Assembly: GCA_035626435.1 (NCBI GenBank) | Contig: DASPNQ010000227.1 | Coordinates: 64,915-128,914, forward strand | Length of the DNA: 64,000 nucleotides | Source: Vicinamibacterales bacterium | Lineage (GTDB): Bacteria > Acidobacteriota > Vicinamibacteria > Vicinamibacterales > UBA2999 | Direction of reading: 5' to 3' | Shown here: in pieces, positions 56,480 to 64,000 of the stretch | How positions within the stretch are numbered: the stretch's first letter is position 1 | Layout: every line of letters starts with the position of its first letter | Position numbers and translations under genes: made by a program | The notes under the pieces: generated by a model | Seen by the model: only the letters and a program-made list of their open reading frames with translations | Databases searched by the model: none | Told to the model about the DNA's origin: nothing

Positions 56480-57559
56480 ATGGTGCACGATCAAGCGATT
56501 GCAATGACAGGACTGGACATGCGCTGGCGCGCGCTAGCGGAGCGGGATGCCGCCGCAGACGGCACGTTTGTTTACGGCGTGACGTCGACGCGGATTTATT
56601 GCCGGCCGAGTTGTCCAAGCCGCCGGCCGCGGGCCGATCGCGTCAAGTTTTTCGATACTACCGCGGAAGCGCGGCACGCCGGGTTTCGCGCCTGCAAGCG
56701 CTGTCAGCCCGACATCGTCGGCCTGGCGCAGCCCGGAGTGGAAGCGGTGCGTCGCGCCTCGGCGTACCTCGCATCGCATGCCGATCAAGCGGTGACCCTG
56801 GCGCAACTCGCGCGCGTCGCGGCGATGAGCGCGCATCATCTGCAGCGGCGCTTCAAGGCGATCGTCGGTCTGTCTCCGCGTGAGTTTCAATCGGCGGTGC
56901 GGGCCGGCAAGCTGCGCACCAGCCTGCGCGACGGGCGCGACATCACGACGGCGATCTACGAGGCCGGGTACGGATCGCCAAGTCGCGTGTACGAAGCCGC
57001 TCCCACCGGCAAGGGGATGTCCCTGTCGGCATACCGGCGGGGCGGCGCCGGCATGCGCATCGGTTACTCGACGATCGCGAGCACGATCGGCCGGGTACTG
57101 ATCGCCGCGACCGATCAGGGTGTGTGCGCGGTGAAGATCGGCGAGAACGATCGCGCGCTGGTCAGCGAGTTGCGGAGGGAATACCCCGCCGCGGTCGTGA
57201 CGGCGACCTCCAAACCCCGTCGCGAGTGGATCACCGCCGTCGCCGAACATTTGCGTGGTGCTTCCACGTCGCTCGATCTGCCCATCGATGTGCAGGCGAC
57301 AGCCTTTCAGTGGAAGGTGTGGCGGGCGCTGCAGCGGATTCCATACGGGGAGACGCGACGGTATGGCGACGTTGCGACGAGCATCGGCCGGCCGAAAGCC
57401 GTGCGCGCGGTTGCACGCGCGTGCGCGACCAATCCGGTCGCCCTGGTCGTGCCATGCCACCGGGTGGTCCCCGCAGCTGGCGGGGTCGGCGGCTACCGAT
57501 GGGGCAGAAAGACGAAGGACAAGTTGCTGGCGGCAGAAGCTCGAGCCAAAAGCCTATAG
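56480..57559 (+). CDS. ada: bifunctional Ada-type regulator / methylated-DNA-protein-cysteine methyltransferase
   Basis: Ada zinc-finger region (YCRPSCPSR...FRACKRCQP), an AraC-type HTH and a C-terminal MGMT active site VPCHRVV. Start uncertain (56480, 56504 or 56519). The track start 55487 is antisense to the acylase gene. Confidence 0.8.
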   Translation: MVHDQAIAMTGLDMRWRALAERDAAADGTFVYGVTSTRIYCRPSCPSRRPRADRVKFFDTTAEARHAGFRACKRCQPDIVGLAQPGVEAVRRASAYLASHADQAVTLAQLARVAAMSAHHLQRRFKAIVGLSPREFQSAVRAGKLRTSLRDGRDITTAIYEAGYGSPSRVYEAAPTGKGMSLSAYRRGGAGMRIGYSTIASTIGRVLIAATDQGVCAVKIGENDRALVSELRREYPAAVVTATSKPRREWITAVAEHLRGASTSLDLPIDVQATAFQWKVWRALQRIPYGETRRYGDVATSIGRPKAVRAVARACATNPVALVVPCHRVVPAAGGVGGYRWGRKTKDKLLAAEARAKSL

Positions 57560-57568
57560 AATTCCCTC

Positions 57569-58795
57569 GTGCCATCGACCCGATACGGCATTTCCCCCTG
57601 GCTGGACGCCGTACCTGTCAAAAAACGGCCTGAATTTCCGGCTTTTCGCGGCGTCATCGAGCATCCCGTGGTCGTGGTGGGCGGCGGTATGGCCGGTGCG
57701 ATGTCGGCGTATGCCTGCGCCGCCGCGGGTTTCAAGGTCATTTTGTTGGAGGCCGAACGCATCGGCGCCGGCGGCAGCGGCCGTGCGACCGGCCTGATGT
57801 CCGGCGAAACCGGCGACGCGTATCGCGACGTCGAATCGAGGCACGGCAAGCGGCTGGCCCGATCGGTCTTCGAGGCGATGGAATCGGCGCCGCGCGAGTT
57901 GGCCGCGACTGCCAAACGTCTGGGCATCAGGGCGGATGTCGCTGTCACCAACCAGCTGCGTATTCTCGGCGCCGGGCAGCCGGACAAGCTGCTGCGACGC
58001 GAATCCGCCGCGCGCGAAGGAACCAAACTCGACGCCGCGTGGCTGGCGCCCGGTGCGGTAGCGCGCCTCACCGCGCTGGAGACGGCCGGCGCGATGCGCC
58101 TGCCGGACGGCGGTTTTGCCGATCCGTTCAAGCTGACGCTGGGATTTCTGAATGCGGCGGTCAAGAAGGGCGTGAAGGTCTACGAGCGATCGCGGGTCAA
58201 AAAGATCACGTTCACGCGCAAGACCGCGACCGCGTTTCTCGACGGCGGCGCCATCACGACGACCCATCTCGCGATTTGCACGGGCGAGCCGACCTCGTTA
58301 TTCAAGCCACTCAAGCGGCACCTTCGCCACGAAGATCGTTACGCCGTCCTGACGGAGCCGCTGCCGGCGCCGGTTCGCGCCGAGCTCGGCCAGCGCACCG
58401 CGATCCTCTCCGATACGGAGACACCGCCGCATCATTTGTATTTCACGCACGACCACCGCGCGTTGTTTGCAGGCGCCGATCAGAAACGGCCGGCGGATCG
58501 GCTGCGCGACAAGACGCTGATTCAGCGCACCGGGCAATTGATGTACGAATTGTCGCGGCTCTATCCGGCGATCTCAGGTGCACGTCCGGAATACGGATGG
58601 GACGTACCATTGGCGCATTCGGTGGATGGCGTGCCGTACGCCGGTTCGCATCGCAACTTTCCGTTCCATCACTTTGCGTTCGGCACGTTGCACGATCCGG
58701 CGCGCGCGTTCCTGGCCAGCCGGATCATCCTGCGAAGCATTCAAGGGACGACAACCAAAGACGACGAGTATTTTTCATTCGCGCGCAACCTGTAA
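57569..58795 (+). CDS. FAD-dependent oxidoreductase (DAO family)
   Basis: Dinucleotide-binding VVVVGGGMAGAMSAYACAAAG...GGSGRATG. Confidence 0.75.
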   Translation: MPSTRYGISPWLDAVPVKKRPEFPAFRGVIEHPVVVVGGGMAGAMSAYACAAAGFKVILLEAERIGAGGSGRATGLMSGETGDAYRDVESRHGKRLARSVFEAMESAPRELAATAKRLGIRADVAVTNQLRILGAGQPDKLLRRESAAREGTKLDAAWLAPGAVARLTALETAGAMRLPDGGFADPFKLTLGFLNAAVKKGVKVYERSRVKKITFTRKTATAFLDGGAITTTHLAICTGEPTSLFKPLKRHLRHEDRYAVLTEPLPAPVRAELGQRTAILSDTETPPHHLYFTHDHRALFAGADQKRPADRLRDKTLIQRTGQLMYELSRLYPAISGARPEYGWDVPLAHSVDGVPYAGSHRNFPFHHFAFGTLHDPARAFLASRIILRSIQGTTTKDDEYFSFARNL

Positions 58796-59049
58796 CGGCG
58801 TGTTGCTGGCCGCGTTGTCCGATACGAGGGAAACCCCGCGGCCGAGTCAGGCATCTTTCCATTACCCCGAAGCTCGCGGCGTGCCGGAAGGTATGGCAGC
58901 ACCGACGCGCAAAACGGCTGGCAGCACGAGTTGGGGTGGTGTTGCGACGGCGGCGAGGGAACGGCTCGGCGCCCAACGGCGTAAACGACGTTAGGTTCTA
59001 TACTGATCTCTTGAAACAGGTTCATCCCACAACGGAAGGCAAAGTCTCC

Positions 59050-61917
59050 ATGCTCCGCATTCTCACGGCGTTCATTTTCAGCGTGGCTTTCGGCACTGCG
59101 GCGTTTGCGCAGTCGACGGCCATCAACGGGACCATTGAAGGCACGGTCAAGGACGAGCAAGGCGCGTTGTTGCCCGGCGTCACCGTGACCGTGACCAACC
59201 TCGACACGGGCGATCAACGGGTCGTCGTGACCAACGAGAGCGGCCTGTATCGCGCGCCGCTGTTATCGCTGGGCACCTATCGGGTCGCGGCTGAACTGCA
59301 GGGATTCAAAAAGTTCGAGCAGACCGGCGTGTCGCTGCGCGCCGGCCAGACGGCGGTGATCGACGTATCGTTGAGCGTCGGCGCGCTGGCCGAAACCATT
59401 ACCGTGACCGCCGACGCCCCGGTCGTCGACCTTGCCAAGATCGAGCAGGGCCGCACGCTGAGCGAGGCGGAGATCAAAACGCTGCCGCTGACGTCCCGCA
59501 ACCCCTACAACTTCGCGCTGCTGCAGCCCGGGGTGGTCGGCTTCGAGACCAACGAGTTTGGCGTGCCGCGCATCACCGCCAACGGCGCGCTGCTTCGCGT
59601 CAATTACCAGGTCGACGGCAGCAACAACACGCAGAAGGATCGCGCGGGACTTCGCCAGATGCCGATGTCGGAAGTGATGATCCGCGAAGTGAAGGTCGTC
59701 ACCAGCGGCTACGCTCCCGAGTTCGGGCAGACGATGGGGATGGTCTACAACGCGATCACGCCGTCGGGCACCAACACCCTGAAGGGTCAGGCGAGCTACC
59801 GGCTGCAGCGGCAGTCGATGGTGGCGATGCCGTTCTTCACAGCCGCCGGGGCGGCGAAGCCGCCGACGGACGTCAACGTCTACACCTTCGACCTCGGCGG
59901 CCCGATCGTCAAGGACAGGACGCACTTCTTCGGCGGTTATGAGCACACCGAGCGCGACTTGTCCGGTTTGAGCGTGATTACGATCTCGCCGGCGAACCAG
60001 GCGGCGCTCGGACTCAGCGAACCTGCCTACCAGCCGCGCGGTCTCAACACCGAATTCGCGATCGGCAAGGTCGATCACCAGATCAGCTCCGGCAATCGCC
60101 TGTCGGTCCGTTACATGTTTTTCGACAATTTCATCACCGCCAACGTCGGCGGCGGTCTGCTCTCGGTGCAGCGCGCCAACGACTTCGCGGATCGCCAGCA
60201 CTCGACCGGCGCGCAGTTGATTTCAACGATTGGTGGCGGCATGCTCAACGAGCTGCGGCTGCAGTACGCGACGCGCGCCCAGAGCCGCGTGCCGAATGCG
60301 CAGTCAGGGACCGGCCCCGCGATCAACGTCACCGGCGTCGCGCAATTCGGCGGTCCGATCGCCGCCGTGTCGGATGCGGGCTTCGGCTTCACGCAAAACG
60401 TGTTTCAGGTCAACAACAACTTCACCGTGCTGAAAGGCAACCACGCGATGAAGGCGGGTGTGGACCTGCAGTGGGTCGCCGACACGCGCGTAGCGCCACA
60501 GGCGCAGCTTTACACCTTCCCGACGCTGCAGGCGTATCTCGACGCGCGCAATGGCGTCAATCGTTTCAGCTATACGACCTTCACCCAGTACTTCGGTCTG
60601 CCAAATCTCGAGTACAACACTGCGCAGTACGGCGTGTTCGTCCAGGACGACTGGCGAGTCACGACGGACCTCAAGGTGCTGTATGGTCTCCGTTACGACC
60701 TGTATACTCCGCCCGATTCGAACCCAAGCGCGCCGGTCGCGTCGTCACGCAGCTTCCCGGTTTCGAAGAACAATTTTGCGCCTCGTCTCGGCGCGGTGTG
60801 GACGCTCGGCGAAAGCAAGCGCGCCGTGATTCGCGCGAACACCGGCCTGATGTACGACCAGACGTTGAACGCGATTTACGAGCAGGCGCTGCAGAACGAC
60901 GGGACCAACGCGCGAGCCTCGGCGACGTTCACCCCGACGCAGGCGGGCGCGCCGGCGTTTCCGGCGGTGCTGAGCGCGGGCACCGGCGCGACGCCGAACC
61001 TGGCGTGGACGGTCGACCCGGAATTCAAGATCGCGCGGTCGTGGCAGAACAACGTGCAGTTCGAACGTGCCATCGGCGACCACTACTCCGTTGCTATCGG
61101 GACGTCCTTCGTGAAGGGTTACAACCTGCCCGTCGTCACGAACATCAACCCGATCAATCCGATTGGCACGCTCGCTGACGGCCGGCCGATTTTCAGCACC
61201 GCGGTCAATGCGTCGACGCGGCTCGACCCCCGTTACAACGTGATCAACAGCGTCCAGTCGCCGGGCGAGTCGACGTATCGAAACATGACGCTGCAACTGA
61301 CCCGCCGACAGTACCGCGGCATCGGCTTCGACTTTGCCTACACCCTGGGCAAGGCCGAGGATAATGCGCCAATTACCGGCACGTTGTCGGTGCAGGGCGA
61401 TGCCGGCCGGTCGGACATGACGAACCTCGAGTTCGATCGCGGCCCCAACATCCTCGACCAGCGGCACACCTTCGTTGGCAGCATCGTCGCGACGCCGCAG
61501 TTCGAGCGCGGCGGCGCCGCCGGCGCGGTTCTGAACAACAACGTCTTTGGTCTGGCCATTCAGCTCGCCAGCGGCATCCCGGTCAACCTGCGCAGCAACC
61601 TCGAGCTGAACAACGACGGCACGGCCAGCGATCGTCCGGTCGGCGTCGCGCGCAACTCGCTCAACCTGCCCTCGCGAAAGAACCTCGACTTCCGGTATTC
61701 GCGCCGGTTCGGCTTCGCCAACGACTTGGCGGCGGAACTGATTGCGGAGGTGAAGAACATCTTCAACACCGAACAGGTGTCGTCGGTGAATGCGACGGTC
61801 CCGACCAACGCTCAGGGCGTGCCGACCGGAACCCTGCCGACGTCGGGAAGCCAATTGACGCCGACCGGCGGGTACGAGCAGCGGCAATTCCAGTTGGGAT
61901 TCAAGTTCACGTTCTAG
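59050..61917 (+). CDS. TonB-dependent outer-membrane receptor with N-terminal CarboxypepD_reg domain
   Basis: ATG 59050 gives signal peptide MLRILTAFIFSVAFGTAAFAQ. INGTIEGTVKDEQGALLPGVTVTVTNLDTGDQRVVVTNESGLYR follows. The barrel ends in the terminal LGFKFTF. The track start 58039 is an extension across the previous gene. Confidence 0.85.
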   Translation: MLRILTAFIFSVAFGTAAFAQSTAINGTIEGTVKDEQGALLPGVTVTVTNLDTGDQRVVVTNESGLYRAPLLSLGTYRVAAELQGFKKFEQTGVSLRAGQTAVIDVSLSVGALAETITVTADAPVVDLAKIEQGRTLSEAEIKTLPLTSRNPYNFALLQPGVVGFETNEFGVPRITANGALLRVNYQVDGSNNTQKDRAGLRQMPMSEVMIREVKVVTSGYAPEFGQTMGMVYNAITPSGTNTLKGQASYRLQRQSMVAMPFFTAAGAAKPPTDVNVYTFDLGGPIVKDRTHFFGGYEHTERDLSGLSVITISPANQAALGLSEPAYQPRGLNTEFAIGKVDHQISSGNRLSVRYMFFDNFITANVGGGLLSVQRANDFADRQHSTGAQLISTIGGGMLNELRLQYATRAQSRVPNAQSGTGPAINVTGVAQFGGPIAAVSDAGFGFTQNVFQVNNNFTVLKGNHAMKAGVDLQWVADTRVAPQAQLYTFPTLQAYLDARNGVNRFSYTTFTQYFGLPNLEYNTAQYGVFVQDDWRVTTDLKVLYGLRYDLYTPPDSNPSAPVASSRSFPVSKNNFAPRLGAVWTLGESKRAVIRANTGLMYDQTLNAIYEQALQNDGTNARASATFTPTQAGAPAFPAVLSAGTGATPNLAWTVDPEFKIARSWQNNVQFERAIGDHYSVAIGTSFVKGYNLPVVTNINPINPIGTLADGRPIFSTAVNASTRLDPRYNVINSVQSPGESTYRNMTLQLTRRQYRGIGFDFAYTLGKAEDNAPITGTLSVQGDAGRSDMTNLEFDRGPNILDQRHTFVGSIVATPQFERGGAAGAVLNNNVFGLAIQLASGIPVNLRSNLELNNDGTASDRPVGVARNSLNLPSRKNLDFRYSRRFGFANDLAAELIAEVKNIFNTEQVSSVNATVPTNAQGVPTGTLPTSGSQLTPTGGYEQRQFQLGFKFTF

Positions 61918-61918
61918 T

Positions 61919-61945
61919 TACGAACGCCACGAACGACACGAAGCG
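61919..61945. repeat. tandem 9-mers ACGAACGCC / ACGAACGAC / ACGAAGCGC
   Basis: Read directly after the TonB-dependent receptor stop. Merges into the left arm of the hairpin at 61933-61989. Confidence 0.8.
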
Positions 61946-61989
61946 CGCGGAGGCATTCTTCGAGAATGCGTTCCGCGCCTTCGTGTCGT
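61933..61989 (+). terminator. long near-perfect hairpin (about 27-bp stem, 3-nt loop) after the TonB-dependent receptor gene
   Basis: acgacacgaagcgcgcggaggcattct-tcg-agaatgcgttccgcgccttcgtgtcgt. No T tract follows. Confidence 0.5.
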
Positions 61990-62014
61990 CGTGACGCGTC
62001 TGCTCGAGGTTGCC

Positions 62015-64000
62015 ATGCGCCGTAGTCTTGTCGTCGTCGCCGCGCTGATCGCTGCCGCGTCAGCTCATTCCACTGCGCAACATCAACTCGTTCCCGTCGC
62101 CCAGCTCAGGGGCGAGCCGGCGCTCGAATTGCAATTGCGCAAGCTCGACACCGTCGGCAACTTCATGATGACGACCGCGCATCCCGATGATGAGAACAAC
62201 GCGATGCTGGCGTATTTCGCGCACGGGAAGGGATTTCGCACGTCGCTGGTGACGGCGACGCACGGTGAGGGCGGGCAGAACGAAATCGGCCCGGAACTGT
62301 TCGTGCCGCTGGCGGTGCTGCGCACCGAAGAACTGCTGGCGGCCCATCGCTTCGACGGCGCGGAGCAATACTTCACGCGGGCCATCGATTTCGGCTACTC
62401 GTTCAGCATCGACGAGACGCTCGAGAAGTGGGGGCACCAGGAAATTCTCGGTGACTACGTACGCATGATCCGCACTATCCGTCCCGACGTGATCGTCGGG
62501 TTCGTGTTCGACGGCGATGGCGGCGGCCAGCATCACCAGACATCGTCGCGACTGACGCTCGAAGCATTTCGCGCGGCCGCGGATCCCGCGAAGTTCCCGG
62601 AGCAAATCAAGGAAGGTCTGCGCCCCTGGCAGGCAAAGAAGTTTTATTACACTGCTGGTTTCGGGCCGGGCGGGCCGGGCGGCGCAAACCGAGCCGGCGC
62701 GGCGCCGGGGCAGACCACCGGCGCGTCCGCGGGGCCGCCGGTTGAAGCTCCCACGACCCTGAGTTTCACTGGCGGCTCGCAGTTCGATCCGGTTCTCGGG
62801 CGCACCTACGAGGAGATCGGCGCCGAAGCACGCAGCATGCACAAATGCCAGGGCATGTCGCAGTTGTTGCCGTTACCGGCGCCAACGGGTGGCGGCGGCG
62901 GATTCGGAGGCGGCCCCGGTGGCGTTCGCAATTACCGGCTGCGCGACAGCGTGCTGCCGGGCGGTGTCCTCCGCCCGGAAAGAGAGATCTACGATGGCGT
63001 CGACACCAGCCTCCGAAGCCTGCTGTCGTTCGCCCCGAACGCACCTCCGGCTCTCGGCGCGGGGCTCGACCGCATCGCGGCGTCGGCGCGTGAGGCACGG
63101 CAGGCGTTAGCGGCCAACGGCGGCAATGCAGCCGTCGCGCCGTTGAGCGGCGGCCTGCAGGCGCTTCGCGCGTTGCGTGCCTCGCTGACCACCATGGAGC
63201 TTTCGGGTGACGCGCGCTTCGAGATCGATTTCAGGCTCGCCCAGAAGGAGACGGAGTTCGCCAAGGCGATGATGCTGGCCGCCGACATTCGCATCGACGC
63301 TATCGCACGAGATGGATTGGTCGTGGCCGGCCAGCCGCTGCAGATCGATCTGCTCGCCGCCAACCGCGGCGACGTGCCGGTTGAGGTCGCCGCGACCGCG
63401 AATGGGTTTGGCGCTGCCGTGACCTGCGAAGCGACCGGTGCGATGGCGCCACACACGTCCCGCAACTGCGCGAAAACCGTGACGGTGCCTGCGGACGCGC
63501 GACTGACCGCCGCGCACTTCCACAACCTGCCGCCGCCAGCGCCCGAGACAACCGGCAAGCCGGCAGCCGCACGCTACGTATTCGAGCCGGATGTGCCGTT
63601 TGGCCTGCCGTTTCGGCCAACGCCGTTTACCGCGACCTTCAACATGTCGGTTGCCGGCACGCCATTCACCATGACGGTGCCGATCGAGTGGCGCTCGGAG
63701 CGCGACATCTTCAGCGGCGAGAAGCGCGCGGAAATCCACGTGGTGCCGGCATTCGCATTGACAACGACGCCGGAGATCGTGATCGTCTCGACACAGCATC
63801 CGACGGGGGACGCGAAGCCGGGAACCGGCGGCCAGGCCGTTCCGGCCAAAGACGTCCGCGTCACGGTGATGAATCATTCGAAGGGCGCGGCCAAGGCAGA
63901 CGTGACGCTGCAGCTGCCGGACGGATGGCGCGCGACACCCGCGACGCAGCAGGTCACCTTCTCTCGCGAAGACGAAGCGATGACCGTGCGATTTGCGCTG
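62015..64000 (+). CDS. secreted PIG-L/LmbE-family deacetylase-like protein, 3' end cut by window end
   Basis: Absent from the ORF track because there is no stop within the window. The ATG 62015 frame is open to 64000. Signal peptide MRRSLVVVAALIAAASA, then MMTTAHPDDEN and TATHGEGGQNE (PIG-L motifs). Confidence 0.7.
   Translation, partial: MRRSLVVVAALIAAASAHSTAQHQLVPVAQLRGEPALELQLRKLDTVGNFMMTTAHPDDENNAMLAYFAHGKGFRTSLVTATHGEGGQNEIGPELFVPLAVLRTEELLAAHRFDGAEQYFTRAIDFGYSFSIDETLEKWGHQEILGDYVRMIRTIRPDVIVGFVFDGDGGGQHHQTSSRLTLEAFRAAADPAKFPEQIKEGLRPWQAKKFYYTAGFGPGGPGGANRAGAAPGQTTGASAGPPVEAPTTLSFTGGSQFDPVLGRTYEEIGAEARSMHKCQGMSQLLPLPAPTGGGGGFGGGPGGVRNYRLRDSVLPGGVLRPEREIYDGVDTSLRSLLSFAPNAPPALGAGLDRIAASAREARQALAANGGNAAVAPLSGGLQALRALRASLTTMELSGDARFEIDFRLAQKETEFAKAMMLAADIRIDAIARDGLVVAGQPLQIDLLAANRGDVPVEVAATANGFGAAVTCEATGAMAPHTSRNCAKTVTVPADARLTAAHFHNLPPPAPETTGKPAAARYVFEPDVPFGLPFRPTPFTATFNMSVAGTPFTMTVPIEWRSERDIFSGEKRAEIHVVPAFALTTTPEIVIVSTQHPTGDAKPGTGGQAVPAKDVRVTVMNHSKGAAKADVTLQLPDGWRATPATQQVTFSREDEAMTVRFAL

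Noticed and set aside
58039-59049. Upstream 337 codons of the 1292-aa track ORF
   Set aside because: This part overlaps the FAD oxidoreductase gene in another frame and is Arg-rich nonsense. A proper signal peptide begins at ATG 59050, so only 59050-61917 is called.
58796-59049. Cobalamin riboswitch call upstream of the TonB-dependent receptor
   Set aside because: Only isolated short similarities were seen. I could not find the GGTG..AA..CC / GCCACTG core or a B12 box of correct form, so a covariance-model search is needed before any call.

Overview
Visibly high-GC, gene-dense chromosomal segment. It is most likely from an Acidobacteriota genome (inference): it carries a VWFA-related acidobacterial-type secreted protein, a CarboxypepD_reg-type TonB-dependent receptor and many secreted S9/M1/M16 peptidases. 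I call 51 protein-coding genes, two of them truncated by the window edges and therefore absent from the ORF track. They cover housekeeping functions (glnA, fabZ, purEK, kbl, atpB, nuoG-like, ccdA, two aminotransferases), envelope and secreted hydrolases, and a dense set of signalling genes. The signalling set comprises a sigma-54 activator, a FliA/WhiG-type sigma factor, two hybrid histidine kinases, a receiver, a diguanylate cyclase and two PP2C phosphatases. Many long ORFs in the track are antisense shadows or upstream in-frame extensions typical of high-GC DNA, so I trimmed or rejected them. I see no rRNA, tRNA, CRISPR array, transposase, integrase, prophage or recognisable defence genes, and no convincing novel multi-gene protein system. 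The unusual content is non-coding. About a third of the intergenic spacers are filled with short (7-13 nt) tandem repeats. These fall into a few sequence families that recur at distant loci (GACAGGC, GTGATCT/GATC-rich, GGGAGC, CAGTCGGCAGT, GGGCCAATG and others). Some are arranged as long fold-back arrays or as arrays with a 33-35-nt period. Secondary points are a stand-alone 64-aa DHp-like (histidine-kinase H-box) mini-protein beside the sigma factor gene; a palindrome GTCAA-N4-TTGAC present three times in two nearby promoter regions; a sigma factor ORF that reads 175 nt into the convergent kinase gene; and orphan atpB and nuoG-like genes. All functional calls rest on motif recognition by eye. 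No database search was run.
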